Shown in pieces: positions 12,229 through 23,245 of a stretch of DNA of 64,000 nucleotides. A program made the translations under genes and the position numbers. Each line of letters opens with the position of its first letter. Positions within the stretch are counted from its first letter, which is position 1. Where the stretch lies: positions 310,001 to 374,000 of the forward strand of contig OX337238.1 of assembly GCA_946965045.2 (NCBI GenBank), read 5' to 3'. The notes below the pieces were generated by a model. That model did not search any database. It was not told where the DNA came from and worked only from the letters and a program-made list of their open reading frames with translations. The stretch comes from Epithemia pelagica. Lineage: Eukaryota; Protista; Bacillariophyta.

Positions 12229-13230
12229 ATGAGCAGCAGCAGCAACAACAACAACAACAACAACCACAGGGATACGGACGTCTCCTCCTCGTCGTCGAAT
12301 GAAACCTCCTTCCAAGCACCAGCTGCAGCTGGCACTGTTGGTAGTAGTGAAGCCATGCCCCAGAGTTCGGCTTCCAAGCTGAAACAAGCCATTCCATCCA
12401 AACGTGTTGGGTCCTCACCTTTGATGGAAATCAAGAGAATGATGGGAGACGATTGTGATCGACCAGCCTGTGATGACGTCACCAACAAACTGCAACAACT
12501 ATTCATGACGACATCATCCCAAGGTTCGACATCACCACCAACGAGCAACAAACCGGCAAACGACGAGCACCAACAGTCCATGCCATGTCCGCCGAGGAGT
12601 GGCGAAATCGGTCACTCCAGTTGGAACTTGCTTCATTCCATGGTACGACGGCATACATTGTTTGGATTCACACGATTGGCACACTCATTTCTCATGGAAT
12701 GATCGGCTCTCAAAATAACATGATGCTTTCTTCTTCTTCTTTTCATCGATCCAATCCTCACAGACGGCCTGGTATCCGGACCATCCCTCTCCCCAAGATC
12801 GGCAACACATGAAACACTTTTTTGCCGCCGTGGCTCAGTTTTATCCCTGCACGTGGTGCGCCCATGATTTTCAACAGAATTTAGAGGATCATCCGGTGCG
12901 GTAGGTGTGGCTGGCGGTCACCACACACGAGAGAGAGGACTCGACTCTGACTGTTTCTCTCTCTCTGTCCCCGATCCATACATACTCAATACAGTGCTTG
13001 TGTTCTTTTCTTCTTGTCGTTTTGTTCGTGTTGTTTGGTTGTTGTTGGTCCACTTCTACTACTCCAGAACGGAATCACGAACCGAGCTCTGTCAATGGCT
13101 CTGTGAACAACACAATCTCGTGAATGAAAAATTGGGCAAACCATTGTTTCCCTGTGATATAAAAACCTTGGACGAACGATGGCGAAAAAGCAGCCGATCG
13201 GAATGTACTCAACGAGGAGGTGGCCATTGA
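12229..13230 (+). CDS. ERV1: Erv1/ALR FAD-linked sulfhydryl oxidase, 3 exons (12229-12642, 12764-12900, 13068-13230)
   Basis: GT-AG splicing gives [19 protein letters not shown]|TAWYPDHP...[11 protein letters not shown]...HPVR|[29 protein letters not shown]...LDERW. Redox CxxC (CTWC) and an N-terminal CDRPAC are present. Confidence 0.9.
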
Positions 13231-13541
13231 TTCTGGCTCTTGTGGAATGTACAATCTAGTACTAGTGCGTTGTGGAGCAGTGAGAACCAATTATTTGCAA
13301 GCAATTGCTAATGGAGGAGTACAAATGCAAAGATCAAGACGGTGTGGTGCAAGACACGTGTGCTGTCATGCACCATTGTTATTGTAGACGGACCATGTTG
13401 GGAGTTGCTCAATTGGTGTTAGATGACAACGTAGAGTTGAGGAGGAGTAAAAGACCGAGACAGACGGGGCATATTGGAACGGAACGACCACTTCAATCGC
13501 ACAAGCGTATCGATGATAAAGACCCGAATAGTATGGAATTA

Positions 13542-14490
13542 TTACTTTTTCATGGCCTTGACAATGTAGAGTGGATCGGATCGTCCCGGATTGGGGGAAA
13601 TATCCACGGACGACGGCGGCTCAAAAAGGCCACTGTAATGAAAAAAGCTTCCCGCAATAAAAATATGTTCCAAATCACTGGTTTGCAACCAAATGGAAAA
13701 GGCCTTTGTGGGAAAACACCGATTGCTCATGCTCAAAATACATTGTCCGCCCGGTTTGAGGACACGTCCAATTTCTTGAAAAATTTCCAAGGGTTGTGTC
13801 AAGTAATCGACCGACACGACGCACGTGACCACGTCAAAGGTATTGTCCTCCACGGGTATAGTGGGATCTTGATTCAAGTCCTTGACAATGTAGTCCGTCA
13901 AGACGGGGTTTTGCCGCAATTCGTCGGCATTCATGCCCAATCCAATCACCTGGTCGCCACCCGTCCAGTCGGTCGGATAATGACTCACCCACGAGGAACA
14001 CAAATCCAAGACGTTTTGTCCGTCTTGAAAGCAACTCGAGTAGTATTGGGTCAAGGCGGACACTGCGGGCTTTTGTTATTTGAAACGTGAGGTGTAGATG
14101 TCATTGCAATGTATTTTTGTCATGTGAGAGCATTGGAGGAATGACAGTGTGTCATGTGTTTTCTTTCGTACGTACATCATCAATGTGGTACACGAGGCGT
14201 GGTTGATCGTAAAAGATGAAATCATCACTTTCATCCATGCGAGTGAAATCTTCCTTGGAATAGGGCCACGCGGCGGGCCATTTGGGATTGGTCAAGACCT
14301 TTTCGGCCATGGATTGGCCTCCTCCCGCCAAGAGGGCCGACAGGGGATATCGAAAGCCTGGAACACGACCTGGCATGGCAAAAAAGGCGGCCGATACCAC
14401 ACCACTGTGAGTATGGAGACAGGAGAATGTCACCAACTGGAAAATTACAAGAAGGCTGGTACTGGAGCGGCTCGAGTTCGCCATGGTCAA
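13542..14490 (-). CDS. Class I SAM-dependent methyltransferase (type 11-like), likely plastid-targeted; intron 14070-14175
   Basis: YDQPRLVYHIDD|PAVSALTQYY, VLDLCSSWVSHYP, GLGMNADEL, FDVVTCVVSVDYL, RVLKPGG, FSNRCFPTKA-like motif. The N-terminus has a hydrophobic stretch followed by VSAAFFA. Confidence 0.85.
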
Positions 14491-14992
14491 TTGACGTTTG
14501 GCATCAGAGCGCGAAGGAAAATTACAACGTGTGAGTCATTGATGCCAAAGGCCAAAGGCGTGCCCTTCTACAGTCTTTGACCTACTCTATTATAAACCAA
14601 TCGATTCGCTTTTCAGACGCCTCTTAGTCGCTCCGACGATGTCAGTTTGCTATGCCACACAGATCAATGTTTAGGGACTGACCTAGGAGTATACGACTCC
14701 TGATGGGAGGAATTGATGCTTAAAAAATCATGAGAAATGTCGTTTGCAACATTAATCTTCGACAAAAGCTGTCCTTCAACTGATCGGGGTTACGTGACAG
14801 TGTGTCATCCAAGTCAGGTTTGAACAATACAACAAGGCGGTGTTGCAGTTTCGTCCACCACTAGGTAGGTTGTTCTTCACGACACTTTCACCGCCGTGGT
14901 ATCCATTTCGAAAAAAAAGCATGAAAGGAACGAGGCCGTCGAATGAAAACCCTCACGAGACACAATCAGTCAACCACTGTGGGTCGGTCTTT

Positions 14993-15718
14993 CTATCGAT
15001 CTCGTGGTGGTACTGGTGGTTGTTTCGAATTGCCCGCGCGAACCGACGCATTCGCTCCATCCCAGGGTTGAAATTCTTTGGGTTGGACCCATTTGTTGAG
15101 TCCTCTTCCGACACTACTGGTTCGTTCCTTTCGTGTGGCATTACCATCGCTGAGGTATTCGGCCGGCCGTTGCGAGTCCACTATGCCTCGTCCGTCGGGA
15201 TGTCCCAACAAGCCCGTCTGTTTGGGAAGCGCTGCGGCCGGTGCCGGTCGTTTCTTGGCCACACCCGCCACATCGGTTCGGTTGATGGCAATGCGGTCTC
15301 CATTTCGCCAAATACTGACTCTCCATTCGTCATCCTTCTCGTTGGACATGCCCTGAGGGTTGGAGTGGACATTGATGAGCGTTTGATAGGCGTGTTGCAA
15401 GTCTTGAAATTTTTGAGCTGCTACTTTGGGAGAATCGTCACGATTGCGATCGGGATGGAGTTCCAACGATTTTTGTTTGTAGGCTTGTTTAATTTCGGCC
15501 AATGTTGCGCCATCGCCCCATTGCAAACCTAGCTGGGCATACGGATCACTCCGCTTCATGTGGTCCGTGTTGGTGAAGTACGAACGAGAAGAAGGAGGAC
15601 AAGAACATGAAGCCGCCATTGTGCAGGGCCCAGCAATCGTTACTCGACGGTGAAACCCATACCAACCTGCAGGACGGCGGTGGAACCATGGGAGAATCGA
15701 GTGTCGGTGAATCATCAT
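14993..15718 (-). CDS. DnaJ/Hsp40 J-domain protein
   Basis: DPYAQLGL...LAEIKQAYKQKSLELHPDRN...AAQKFQDLQHAYQTL, with the HPD motif. Confidence 0.85.
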   Translation of the reverse strand: MMIHRHSILPWFHRRPAGWYGFHRRVTIAGPCTMAASCSCPPSSRSYFTNTDHMKRSDPYAQLGLQWGDGATLAEIKQAYKQKSLELHPDRNRDDSPKVAAQKFQDLQHAYQTLINVHSNPQGMSNEKDDEWRVSIWRNGDRIAINRTDVAGVAKKRPAPAAALPKQTGLLGHPDGRGIVDSQRPAEYLSDGNATRKERTSSVGRGLNKWVQPKEFQPWDGANASVRAGNSKQPPVPPRDR

Positions 15719-16350
15719 TGTCTATTGTCTGTGTTCGGCTTGCTTCAAATTTTGTGGGAAGGAACGGCGCAAATTTCCGATTCGGATGATGACGTGGACT
15801 TTGGGTCGAATCCACGACTGATTCCATTCATAGCTGTGACGTAGCATCCGGGTCGCATCCAAGAATACCTTTGATGTGTACGGTTAGCACTGGTAGCTAC
15901 TCCCACATATCTATTCATCAGAAGAGACAACAGGAGGAAATCATCATGTAACGTTCCAAATATTAATGGAAGAGAGTTATGGTGTATCTAGACAATAACA
16001 CACAAGCTCAAACGCGATCTACACTGCATCTCCAGCGTTGATATTTTTCCGAGATGTGAGCAACAGTTGGTGGTGAAGCATCCCTCAAGATATTCCTTGG
16101 TCGACGGCATGTGCCCGACTTTTCAGTACCGAGTATGGAACGCAACCATAACTGGGAATATAGTTCGTCCTGTTCTAGTAAGGTCATTAACACTGTGCGT
16201 GGATTCCATATTGTATGGACGGTTTTCGTACATGACAGGATCCCCTTTTCTTCCAGCCTCCCCCATGTCCATTGCTCGGCCATATCCATGACCAGGGTCT
16301 TTTCAGTGTGTGATAGGGTCAATTTTGGTTTCCCGCAACGTGTCCGTCTC

Positions 16351-17959
16351 TCAAAAGGATGGAGATGTAGGATCCTCCTCCGTGGCGGACTCAACCTCCA
16401 AAATGATATCCTCTTCGCATTTCGGTTGTCGTTCCTCTTTTGCATCTTGCTGTTCTTCCTCTTCGCATTTCGGTTGTCGTTCCTCTTTTGCATCTTGCTG
16501 TTCTTCCTCTTCTAGAATAGCTTGTTCTGCTGGTTCCTCGGGTGCTTGGTTCTCTTCTTCTTCTTTTTGAGATGGATCTTGCTTTGGTTCCTCTTGTGGC
16601 GTTTCTTCTTCTTCTTGTTGTTGTTGTGGTTTGGACTCTTGAAGTCCTTGAATGCGTTCTTCCAAGGTCCGTACACTACCTTGAATTTGTTGCAACAAGG
16701 CCGTCTTGTCTCCAAGCTCGGCCTGGAGACGTTCCATGTCATTTGTCGTGTCTCTGCTATTGTTGTTGTGGTTGGTTGTGGTCATTGGCAGAGGCTTGGA
16801 TTGTTGCCATTGCGTTTGAAGGCGAACCGCCATTTGTTTGGTTTCATCACATTCGTGTCGCGCTTCCCGCAAGGACGCTTCCAATAAAGCGGTTTGGGCC
16901 TGCAGGGATTCAATTTGCAAGCGGACATCCTCGTCGATACAATTATCATTCGTATTATTCGCAGCGGTATCGGCCGTCGGTTCGTCCCGTGGCGGATTCC
17001 TTTGGAGCTATTATAGATCCCGAATGTGCCAATGGACAAACCAACATGAGAATCAACCAACCACACACACAAGCGAACGGCAACAAACGAATACTACGGG
17101 GGACCAAACGTACCAATTGTTCCACCGCTCGTTTCTCTGCTGGATCGCCATCCAGGATGCGTTGCAACTTTTCCTTGGCTTGTTGCAAATCCTGCAACTT
17201 GGTTTCCGAGTGCGCCGCTCGTTCCATCAACTGGTCCGTGGTGGTGGTTGCGGCAGCGGAAAAGGAGCGAGGGTTGGCGGGTGTGGAATGTCGAGAAGTC
17301 GTCGCCGCCGCCAAGGACTCCTCCAGTTGCTGGATTTTTCGTTGCGCGGAGGATAACTCCTGTTCTTTGACCACCAATTTCTGTTGGGCTTGTTGATACC
17401 ACCCCAAGGCTTCGACCTTTTCGGCTTCCACGGACAATATACGAGTCTCCAAGGTAACTCCACTCTCATCGGCGACAGGATGATGATAGCTTGTTCGTGT
17501 TTTCTTGGTGGGCGATCCCGTCGTCGATTGTTGTTGTTGCTGCAAGGACTGGTCCAATTGACGTTGGAGTTCTTTGCGATGCTCGGTCAAACGGTCAAAG
17601 GCTCCCTCCAACGATTCACGCAAGGTCCGTTCTCGGTCCGATACCTTTTCGCTTTCCTCCAGCCGATGGGACAAATCTTCAATTTGCCGTTTGAGAGTAC
17701 GAATGACTCGTTTGTCGGCTTCAGTGGCTGCTGCCGCAGCGGCTGCATCACTGGTGGTCCTTCTATGGTCCCCCACAGCCGACGGCGACGCAGCTTGTTC
17801 TTGTTCGTTTGCGAGTGATGAGGATGCTGCTGTAGTACTAATAGTATTTGTGGATTTGAGAGCAAGCATCGACTTGAGAGCGCGAATGTTCTGGAGGAAC
17901 CGATCCTGAGGATCCGCCGCCTTGTGCACGGTTGCCGTATTGGATGACATGGTCGACAC
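16351..17959 (-). CDS. Coiled-coil protein of about 500 aa; intron 17008-17113
   Basis: Donor TTG|gtacgt and acceptor aatag|CTC join ORFs 16955-17959 and 16351-16920 in frame. Heptad-rich sequence; a 48-bp unit (CEEEEQQDAKEERQPK) is repeated twice at about 16412-16511. Confidence 0.7.
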
Positions 17960-18491
17960 CCTTCAAGAAGTACTATATGTTTTCCACAAAAGATAGATGG
18001 CGTTGTTGTTCCAAACACTGACCACGCAATTTCGACAGAGAGCGCGACAGAGAGTCGTCGCATAGCCAACATAGGTACTCCTCTTGAGACACAGAAATGT
18101 CCTAGGAATACAAGTTTGGAGTCGGAGAAGGTCCGTCCACTTGAACTCATGACAATGATGATGAAGAAGACTATATGATCAAGGACAGGAATCTCTGGTG
18201 AATGACAATGATGATGAAGAACACACTATGATGAAGGACAAAAGAATCTCAGTGGTGAATGGCATCTGCCCCCAACTCATTGCAGCACGGCCTACAAAGG
18301 AGAAATTTTATCTCTCGGGTTTCTATTGTTACTATTCACACAACATCGATGATTCATCACAGTCCTTCTGTACATCCCAAGTGTACACACTATGTTTGGG
18401 TGGGAAAGATTCGTGTTTTCTGGCATGCAATCACATGGAAGCATCCTTTACTTAACTCTAGGATACCACTGGACACCAAACAACCAACATA

Positions 18492-21400
18492 TCAGTCTTC
18501 CATGGCATCTAAAGACTTCTTCAACTTGGGTGGCCCTCCTTCGGTTGCTTTCTTTTTCCCATCTTTCTTTTTACTTGATTTCTTTCGTTCCTCACCTCCC
18601 GTGGTCCCCTCCCCGCTGTCATGTTTATATCCTTTCTTGATCTTGCGCTTTGAGGATCCCGGCGATTGTTTGGGCGACGATGTTGGAGATTTGTCTGCCT
18701 TTTTTGCTTTGGACCGCTTCTTTTCGAATTCTGCCGACCCATTCAATCGCTCGTGTGTCGATGATTTCTTGCTTTTGCGCTTTTCCATGTCCGCCGATTG
18801 GTGCAATTTATCTTGAGTCGACTTCTTTTTGGCCCTTTTGACTTCACCTTCAACGAGGACGCCAAATTCTTCCGATGACTCATTGTTTGTGTCCAGAGAT
18901 ATCTTCGAAATGCCAGTGTTTTCGTCAGTCTTGTCGGCGGAAGACTTCTTTATTCTGGATCGTTTAGGAGAGCCCGTCCTTCCTACTTCCATTGTAAGTC
19001 TTGGAGACATTTTCAGACCGTTTTCAACGTTTTCCACCTTGTCCTTCTTGGACTTTGCCTTTGGTGTTTGTTCTCCAACTTCAGAGGACCTATGTTTCGA
19101 TCTGGATGAACCATCTCCAAACTGATCTTTCAACTTGGACGAGGATCCTGTCGAACTACGACGCTTGGTGTGCTTCTTTTTCTCTGCCTCTGTATCTCTC
19201 GGAATGATTACTCCACTTATGCTTTTGCGCTTTGGAGTCTTTTTCTTTACAGCACTTTCTGTATCTCTGTTGAGAGTAGAGGATGCCAAACTGCGTCGCT
19301 TCGGCTTTTTCTTACGGGTTCCTTCATCTTTTGTCACTTGGAACTCTCCTCTTTCCTGGGTCTCTTGTACCAGGTCAGCGTTTGTAGATTTTACTTCATC
19401 TCCGCTATGCGGCTGCTTGTCGCTTTTGTCTTTCTCCAAATCATCTACTTGGATTTGTTTCCTCGAGGCGTCTTCAGAAGTAATCGATCTACGAAATAAC
19501 CCCCTTGACTTTTTCTGCTGTTGCACGGGGATCTTGACTCCTTCCGTCGTCTCGTCGTTGGCGTCATCGGAAGTGCTTTGAGTTTTCCCAACTTCTCTGG
19601 CCTCATTGTCATCGGTAGAAGACGTCACACTTTCGTTCCTCTTGCTCCTTCCACGACCAAAGAGGCCAAAAAAACCGTTGCGTTTTTTCTCGGATTGCTT
19701 TTCCTCAGAGCCTTCCGCAACATCAACCGTTTCTTCGGCGGAATCTTTGTCGGTAGTGACAGCATCAGCTGATTCATCAATGCGATCCGAATCGTCGACC
19801 GTGCCCTCATCTGTCTCACCTTTAGTTTCGCTTTGTTTCTGATGTTCGTGACCAGATTCGGTCAAAGGATTTCCAGACTCTGTCGATGCTGGCCATCCAT
19901 TATTCGATGAAAAGGCGTTCTGAGAACTTTCCGCATTGGCCGAAGTTTCCTTCTCACCATGTTTCAAAATCCCTGTATCGGTTCCCTCCGTACTCTGTTG
20001 GCTCTGTGTCTGTTCAGCGTCTGGAAACGCACTCCATCCAGCTTCAAAAGCCACGGACTCTACTTCGGCCGCCTCACGCCCATCGTTTCCGTCATCGCCA
20101 CTTTTTTCCATGGTTTCTTCGGACTCGGTTGCGACTGACTTCTCTGGACCCTCCTTTATCGTGTCCGTCATCGGAGTCTCAAAGAAACCAAAAGCAGTGT
20201 CGAATCCTTTCGTCTCCGTAGAGGATATGGCATTCTCAGAAGCTGCATTTTCAGCACTGCTTCCAAAATCAGCTTTGTCTTTCTCTTGTTGGGAAAGTTC
20301 ATCTGCATCGAATCCACCGGGTTCAGAAGTTTTACTGCTTGCTTCGTCAAGTTTCTGGCTTTCAATAGTGCGATCGGTGGGAGGGTCTGGAGCACTACTA
20401 ACACCGGAAAACAGTCCAGTACCAGGTGGATGGCCACTAGGATCTATCCTAACCATGCTTTCGGGTTCTTCATCCTCTCCTTCCGAAGAATCACCGTGGT
20501 CGACAGAGGCTCCATTCTCGGATTCTAATGTTTGCAACTCGGTGCTTGCGGTTTCAATATCCTCACTTGCCACCTGCTTCTTCACTTCGTTTGTAGTGTC
20601 TCCCTCGTCATTTTGATCGACTGTAACTTTATCAAAGGTCTCATCCATGGCCATCTCCTCCGTTTTATCAGACTGTGGTCGCAAAACCTCTGTTTCTTCC
20701 ATTTTCTCCGGCTCTTTACCGTTCATTCCAGCCTCACTCTCTGTAATATCTCCAGTCAGAACCGCTCTTTCATCAGTCTCATGGCCCTCAGCATTGCCAT
20801 TTGCATTGACACAAATTGATTCTTCTTTGGATTCCTCAGTCTTTTCCGTCATCACACTAGGCTCTGGGCCGTCATGAAAAGAATCGCCAAATGACGCAAA
20901 TGGAGCGGCGTTGTGGTCTTGATGATCACCATCATTTGGATTGTCATCCTGGCCCACAGCAGCCGCAGGATTCAATGCATCCCCCGTGTTTTCGTCCACT
21001 GATGGTTGCGTCACGGTTTCATCCGGTCCATCCACATGAACAACAACATTTTCTGATCCATCCTGTTGGGTGCCCATGCCAGTATTCGAGTCCGTAAAAG
21101 AGACCCTTGCATCCATAGTTTCTTCGGGCATTCGTTCATCATCGTTCTCTGGTTCATCCATTTCGATTGGCGATTTCATGGTATCCTTAAAATGGTCCTT
21201 ACCCTGACTGGATGATTCATCCACATTCTGTGAATCAATGGTTGCAATGTTGTCTCCTGACTCACCAATTTCGTTGTTAGTATAAGGAGCGACCGGTTCC
21301 TTTGGTCCTATACGATCGTCGTCGTCACGTCCATCTTCTTCCTCGTCGTCGTCTTCTTCTTCTTCGAAAGACTCGTCCGAGTTGTACCGCGTCACGGTCT

Positions 21401-22667
21401 TGTCGGTGGTGTCGATACTGTGGAGTGTGGCGCTTCCATTCATGCTGCTTTTTTCGTGAGCCTCTATTTTACCGTCCTCCACGACACTTTGCGACGCATT
21501 CGTGTCGTCTTCCTCCTCTTCTTCTTCATTGCCTTCCATGATATCTTCCATGCCAAAGGACGACGACATGGTGTGCCGTTGCTCCACCATGATGGTTGCA
21601 CCACCATTCTGTGACGATTCCAACGCTCCATCCGATGCGACACGATTGTCCTGGATCGTGTCTCCAAACTCTGGATTCGTTGTCAACGACTCGGTCGGCC
21701 TAGTCGATGGTGGTTGTGGTTCGTCTTGTTGAGTATGCAAATGTCGTTCGAGCTCGTAGACGGCATTGTCCAGACCTCGAGCCTCCAGATAGGCCACAAC
21801 CTGCGCATCCGTCAATGCGACCGTCTCGGCACCATTCGTTGTGGCGGACAACGCCGTCGTTTGTGTCGTGGTGTTGTTGGTGTTGTTGGCTTGTTGCTGT
21901 TGTTGTTGTTGCAATTGTTCTTGTTCGGCTTGAATTTCCTCCACTACTTGCCGGGTGGTGACAATGCGGGCCAGACCCTGAGCTCCATGCAAGCCCTTGG
22001 CTTGATTTTCGGGCGTCGTGGCGACACAAGCATCGTGTGCCAAGGTCACCAAGTAGCCGAGATTGGCGGCATCCCGGACGGCCGATTCGACACATTGATC
22101 GGTATATTGTCCCACGACAACGACTTGTTCCATGCCCAAATTCCTTAAGACATAATCCAAATTGGTGGAACAAAAGACGGACGATGACGTTTTGGCAATC
22201 AACAAATCGCCCTTGCCAACCGTTGGTTGTGGTTGGACGAGGGAGGGTCCAAACATGTCCTCGAGACGACACGTACTGCGCGGAATGTGGTGGGCCAATT
22301 TGGGTCCTGACAATTTGTAATCCAACGAAATATCCCGGCCATCCAAGGTTGCCGATTGAAGGTAGACAAAAATCACTTCGTATCCAGTCGTCGTCGTCGT
22401 CGTATTCGTGGATGGTTGATTGGGTTCTGTGTTGGTTGTTCTGGCACCACCATCGCGCGCGGTTCGAAAGGCGTCGACGAGAATTTGAATCTGGTCCAGT
22501 GCCGGAGGAAGGGCCGTTTGAAACAAATAACTTTGAGCTTCCTCGGGCGTTTGGGGTTCGCACAAGAATCGTTGCATGTCAATGATTAGCAAGGCTGTTT
22601 TGCGGCCCACCAAGGTAAAATCCCCCCGTTTCGACGACCCCGGTACCACTTGATCGCGAAGCGTCAT
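18492..22667 (-). CDS. Isochorismatase-family cysteine hydrolase fused to a LisH-like motif and a very long acidic-then-basic disordered tail (1391 aa)
   Basis: LLIIDMQ (Asp), LIAKTSSSVF (Lys), GQYTDQCVESAVRDA (Cys), GYLVTLAHDAC; then LTDAQVVAYLEARGLDNAVYELERHL; single uninterrupted ORF. Confidence 0.8.
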   Translation of the reverse strand: MTLRDQVVPGSSKRGDFTLVGRKTALLIIDMQRFLCEPQTPEEAQSYLFQTALPPALDQIQILVDAFRTARDGGARTTNTEPNQPSTNTTTTTTGYEVIFVYLQSATLDGRDISLDYKLSGPKLAHHIPRSTCRLEDMFGPSLVQPQPTVGKGDLLIAKTSSSVFCSTNLDYVLRNLGMEQVVVVGQYTDQCVESAVRDAANLGYLVTLAHDACVATTPENQAKGLHGAQGLARIVTTRQVVEEIQAEQEQLQQQQQQQANNTNNTTTQTTALSATTNGAETVALTDAQVVAYLEARGLDNAVYELERHLHTQQDEPQPPSTRPTESLTTNPEFGDTIQDNRVASDGALESSQNGGATIMVEQRHTMSSSFGMEDIMEGNEEEEEEDDTNASQSVVEDGKIEAHEKSSMNGSATLHSIDTTDKTVTRYNSDESFEEEEDDDEEEDGRDDDDRIGPKEPVAPYTNNEIGESGDNIATIDSQNVDESSSQGKDHFKDTMKSPIEMDEPENDDERMPEETMDARVSFTDSNTGMGTQQDGSENVVVHVDGPDETVTQPSVDENTGDALNPAAAVGQDDNPNDGDHQDHNAAPFASFGDSFHDGPEPSVMTEKTEESKEESICVNANGNAEGHETDERAVLTGDITESEAGMNGKEPEKMEETEVLRPQSDKTEEMAMDETFDKVTVDQNDEGDTTNEVKKQVASEDIETASTELQTLESENGASVDHGDSSEGEDEEPESMVRIDPSGHPPGTGLFSGVSSAPDPPTDRTIESQKLDEASSKTSEPGGFDADELSQQEKDKADFGSSAENAASENAISSTETKGFDTAFGFFETPMTDTIKEGPEKSVATESEETMEKSGDDGNDGREAAEVESVAFEAGWSAFPDAEQTQSQQSTEGTDTGILKHGEKETSANAESSQNAFSSNNGWPASTESGNPLTESGHEHQKQSETKGETDEGTVDDSDRIDESADAVTTDKDSAEETVDVAEGSEEKQSEKKRNGFFGLFGRGRSKRNESVTSSTDDNEAREVGKTQSTSDDANDETTEGVKIPVQQQKKSRGLFRRSITSEDASRKQIQVDDLEKDKSDKQPHSGDEVKSTNADLVQETQERGEFQVTKDEGTRKKKPKRRSLASSTLNRDTESAVKKKTPKRKSISGVIIPRDTEAEKKKHTKRRSSTGSSSKLKDQFGDGSSRSKHRSSEVGEQTPKAKSKKDKVENVENGLKMSPRLTMEVGRTGSPKRSRIKKSSADKTDENTGISKISLDTNNESSEEFGVLVEGEVKRAKKKSTQDKLHQSADMEKRKSKKSSTHERLNGSAEFEKKRSKAKKADKSPTSSPKQSPGSSKRKIKKGYKHDSGEGTTGGEERKKSSKKKDGKKKATEGGPPKLKKSLDAMED

Positions 22668-23245
22668 ATTGACAATAAGAATGCGGATGAGTGGACCTCA
22701 AGACTGTTGGAATACACAAGGGACAGCAGCAACACTAGAGTCTCTCTCTCTCACACACACACATGTGTGTGTGTGTGTCTGTGTCTGTGTGCACTGTCTT
22801 TTATTTGTCGCTTGCTTCAAGACCACACCTGTGGCCCACTGTGACTGGGGACCGAGTTATTGCTGTCACAATAAAGTCGGAGCTTTTTTACTTGTTTGAC
22901 AACCGTATACAAAAAAAGAAGCTCTTGGAAAGTGTATTGCACTCCAGAAAAGAGACGGAGACACTTTTTCTGGCGACACAACTGAAAGATTAATAGAAGG
23001 TGTATTTTGAAATGTGAGCCTCGTAGAGCTCCCCAGCGGTGTTCAAAGGCGACTTGTGGGGAGTAGCAAGTCAATTGAGAAATGACCATGGTAATATCCA
23101 CCGTATCCTCCATTGTAAACCGCTTAGAAGTATTCGAAAGAGGAGTTTTGTGACCTCTGGTGACCGAAGAAAAAAGTGTCACATTACATTATAGTCGAAA
23201 CATCAAAGATTCCGAATCGCTACTACATCCCAAGGAAGCAGGACC

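Noticed and set aside
13305-14090. 261-aa plus-strand ORF and similar long antisense ORFs (34932-36056, 57202-58089, 16542-17396)
   Set aside because: They are antisense shadows of well-supported genes.
18146-18260. Imperfect two-copy repeat of about 53 bp, and other microsatellites such as (CTCTGCG)n at about 10613, (CT)/(GT)n at about 22740 and (CAA)n tracts
   Set aside because: Ordinary low-complexity repeats with no further structure.
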